A program made the translations under genes and the position numbers. 64,000 nt of DNA from Macrostomum lignano (taxonomy: Eukaryota), in assembly GCA_002269645.1 (NCBI GenBank), contig NIVC01003210.1, positions 1-64,000 on the forward strand. Reading direction: 5' to 3'. The number at the start of each line of letters is the position of its first letter. Within the stretch, counting starts at the first letter, position 1. This document shows, piece by piece, positions 62,301-64,000 of this stretch. The notes beneath the pieces are model-generated. The model worked only from the letters and a program-made list of their open reading frames with translations, had not been told where the DNA came from and made no database searches.

Positions 62301-63312
62301 AGGGCAGAAGAACAAGCAACGGGACGGGCTAAAACTACATATTATGACCAGTTGTTTTGTGCTAACTTCTGTGGCTGCCACAGGATTCAAAACTTCTATT
62401 TCTGACCAATTTTGATTCCTTTTTAACCCGACCAATAAAGTACATTTCTATTGACTATGTAGGTAAGACTTTAGAGGAGGGCTAAGGAGAGACAGATGTG
62501 ATATGGGGAAAGAATAGCTGCCCCAGCGAGTGGAGCAAGAAGAGAAGAACAAAAGCAGCAATTATTCTCGTATGAGTGAGCAAACATCACAGTTTGCCTG
62601 AGGGACCGCTCTCTCAATGCCGCTTTTCTGTGGGATAAAACTGCAACTAAGTAGGCAATTTTAGAAGCAATAAGTTCTCCTAATGTGCCACTAAAAGTAA
62701 ATTTCTAATCATAATAAATACTATTTCAATAACTTACGACTTAAAGGCCAAACATATTTTAAATTTTTGTCTTAATTACCTGCTTATCCTCACCTTGAAC
62801 AGCAGCATGTACCTGATCATGTCCACCTGCATGATTGGATGCGACGCCAATTCCATGAAACGCGGCAGAGCTTCGGGAAAATGCTTCTTCACAAACGGCT
62901 GCAGATCCTGGTCACGCCAAAGCACCACAGTCCAGTCTGGGTGAACCCGACGCCAGGTTTTCAGTTGCTCAGCGAAATAGGCGGACACGGATTCATTTAT
63001 CCATAACAGGTGTCGAATAGGAGGAATGGGATGGCCATCTACCCGATGCGAACTGCTGGCCAGCGGCAGGTGCTTGAGGTAGGCAGCCTTGCAGTCGAGA
63101 TCCTGGCACACTGTGGGCAGCTGTACATCCTTGCTGATCATCTTCAGGAGCGAAGTGGAGTTGTTGCTACAGTAAAATGATACAGACGACGAAAAAAACT
63201 CAGTTCCTGCTCTATTAGAAGAACAAAACAGCCAAAAAAATAGTGGACAGGTAAGGCTTGTGACAGTTGCTAGTTGCAATACGCGTAGAAGCTTGATCTG
63301 GCACTGGACCAT
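59320..63312 (-). CDS. GT32 glycosyltransferase, copy 2, 3 exons, about 393 aa
   Basis: Exons 63312-62794, 61125-60650, 59506-59320, with the same intron positions and phases as copy 1 (1182 nt). Motifs IPPIRHLLW, VDMIRYMLLFK|YGGVYADLD, GPLGLT, AKHD. Confidence 0.9.
60345..60540. repeat. degenerate (TCTCC)n polypyrimidine tract
   Basis: Inverted relative of the 54340-55320 tract, with a similar flank of about 70 bp. Confidence 0.75.
61247..61693 (+). mobile_element. about 445-bp dispersed element, copy 2 (GT32 copy 2 intron 1)
   Basis: Inverted homologue of 13531-13965. Confidence 0.75.
62025..62290 (-). mobile_element. CORE-type SINE family B, copy 3 (head partly deleted)
   Basis: The reverse complement matches the body of 43911-44207. 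The B box is missing. Confidence 0.8.
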
Positions 63313-63747
63313 TGTGCATCGTCTGTAGACAGAACGCTTGCTATTAAGAAAAATTTCGACTTGAATGTTTGAATTTTAGCATGAGAATGATTGCTTAGTT
63401 TTCAACTTGAGCTGAGTATATACAAGCGTATATCTATAGCGCCATAGGCTAAAAAATCATGCACTGGCTGCCTCCCCTTTGCTTCCCCAGTTGGTTGGCG
63501 GGATCGTCGGGCTATGCGCGTACATTCAAGCCGTGAGGGAAATCGGGTTCCACGTCTGCCGTGGAGTTGCAGCAGCCAATAAAACTCAATCCTAGACTAG
63601 ACAGAGAGGAGATTTGCTTTTTCTCCCAAAATCCTACTTGCGTTTTTACAGATTCCTAAGCCCAGGCAATGTTAAAGCTACATCCAGATCCACCTCACTG
63701 AAAGAAACCAAGGAAATACTGCTTAGTGAGACTGAAAAAAAGTTCGA

Positions 63748-63750
63748 CAA

Positions 63751-63781
<31 letters not shown>

Positions 63782-63884
63782 TACAGACAGACAGACAGAC
63801 AAAAAGACACTAAGACAGACAGACAGACAAACAGACACTAAGACAGACAGACACTAAGAAAGACAGACAGACACTAAGACAGCC

Positions 63885-63936
<52 letters not shown>

Positions 63937-63948
63937 GGACAGACAGGC

Positions 63949-64000
<52 letters not shown>
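63748..64000. repeat. (AGAC)n microsatellite running to the window edge
   Basis: Direct tetranucleotide repeat. Confidence 0.97.

Overview
Repeat-rich eukaryotic (invertebrate animal) genomic DNA. GT-AG introns, a TTAGGG tract, tRNA-derived SINEs and high-GC3 exons are all present. It resembles a flatworm/lophotrochozoan genome, but that assignment is inference only. I could assemble seven spliced host genes with consistent splice phases: (1) a type II membrane FkbM-family methyltransferase, including a first exon missing from the ORF track; (2) a secreted PAN/Apple + F-type (fucose) lectin; (3) a two-pore K+ channel (K2P) with non-canonical selectivity filters; (4) an IRF transcription factor; (5) carboxypeptidase Q; (6, 7) two tandem GT32 (DxD) glycosyltransferases. 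Mobile DNA includes an apparently intact Chapaev/N-RAG-TP-like transposon with RAG1-like N-terminal and core motifs and 160-bp TIRs starting CACGGTG; a 5.2-kb non-autonomous Helitron carrying a higher-order satellite and a telomeric tract; a complete mini-Helitron; hAT and mariner MITEs (one inserted into the terminus of its own family); two SINE families; a deleted Ty3/Gypsy relic; and a Penelope-type minimal hammerhead ribozyme motif. About 15 minisatellite or microsatellite arrays account for most of the long spurious ORFs. The most promising leads are a candidate Golgi glycan O-methyltransferase within a glycan-building and glycan-sensing neighbourhood, the RAG1-like transposon, the satellite-carrying Helitron, the hammerhead and the odd K2P channel. 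All coordinates and alignments were derived by eye.
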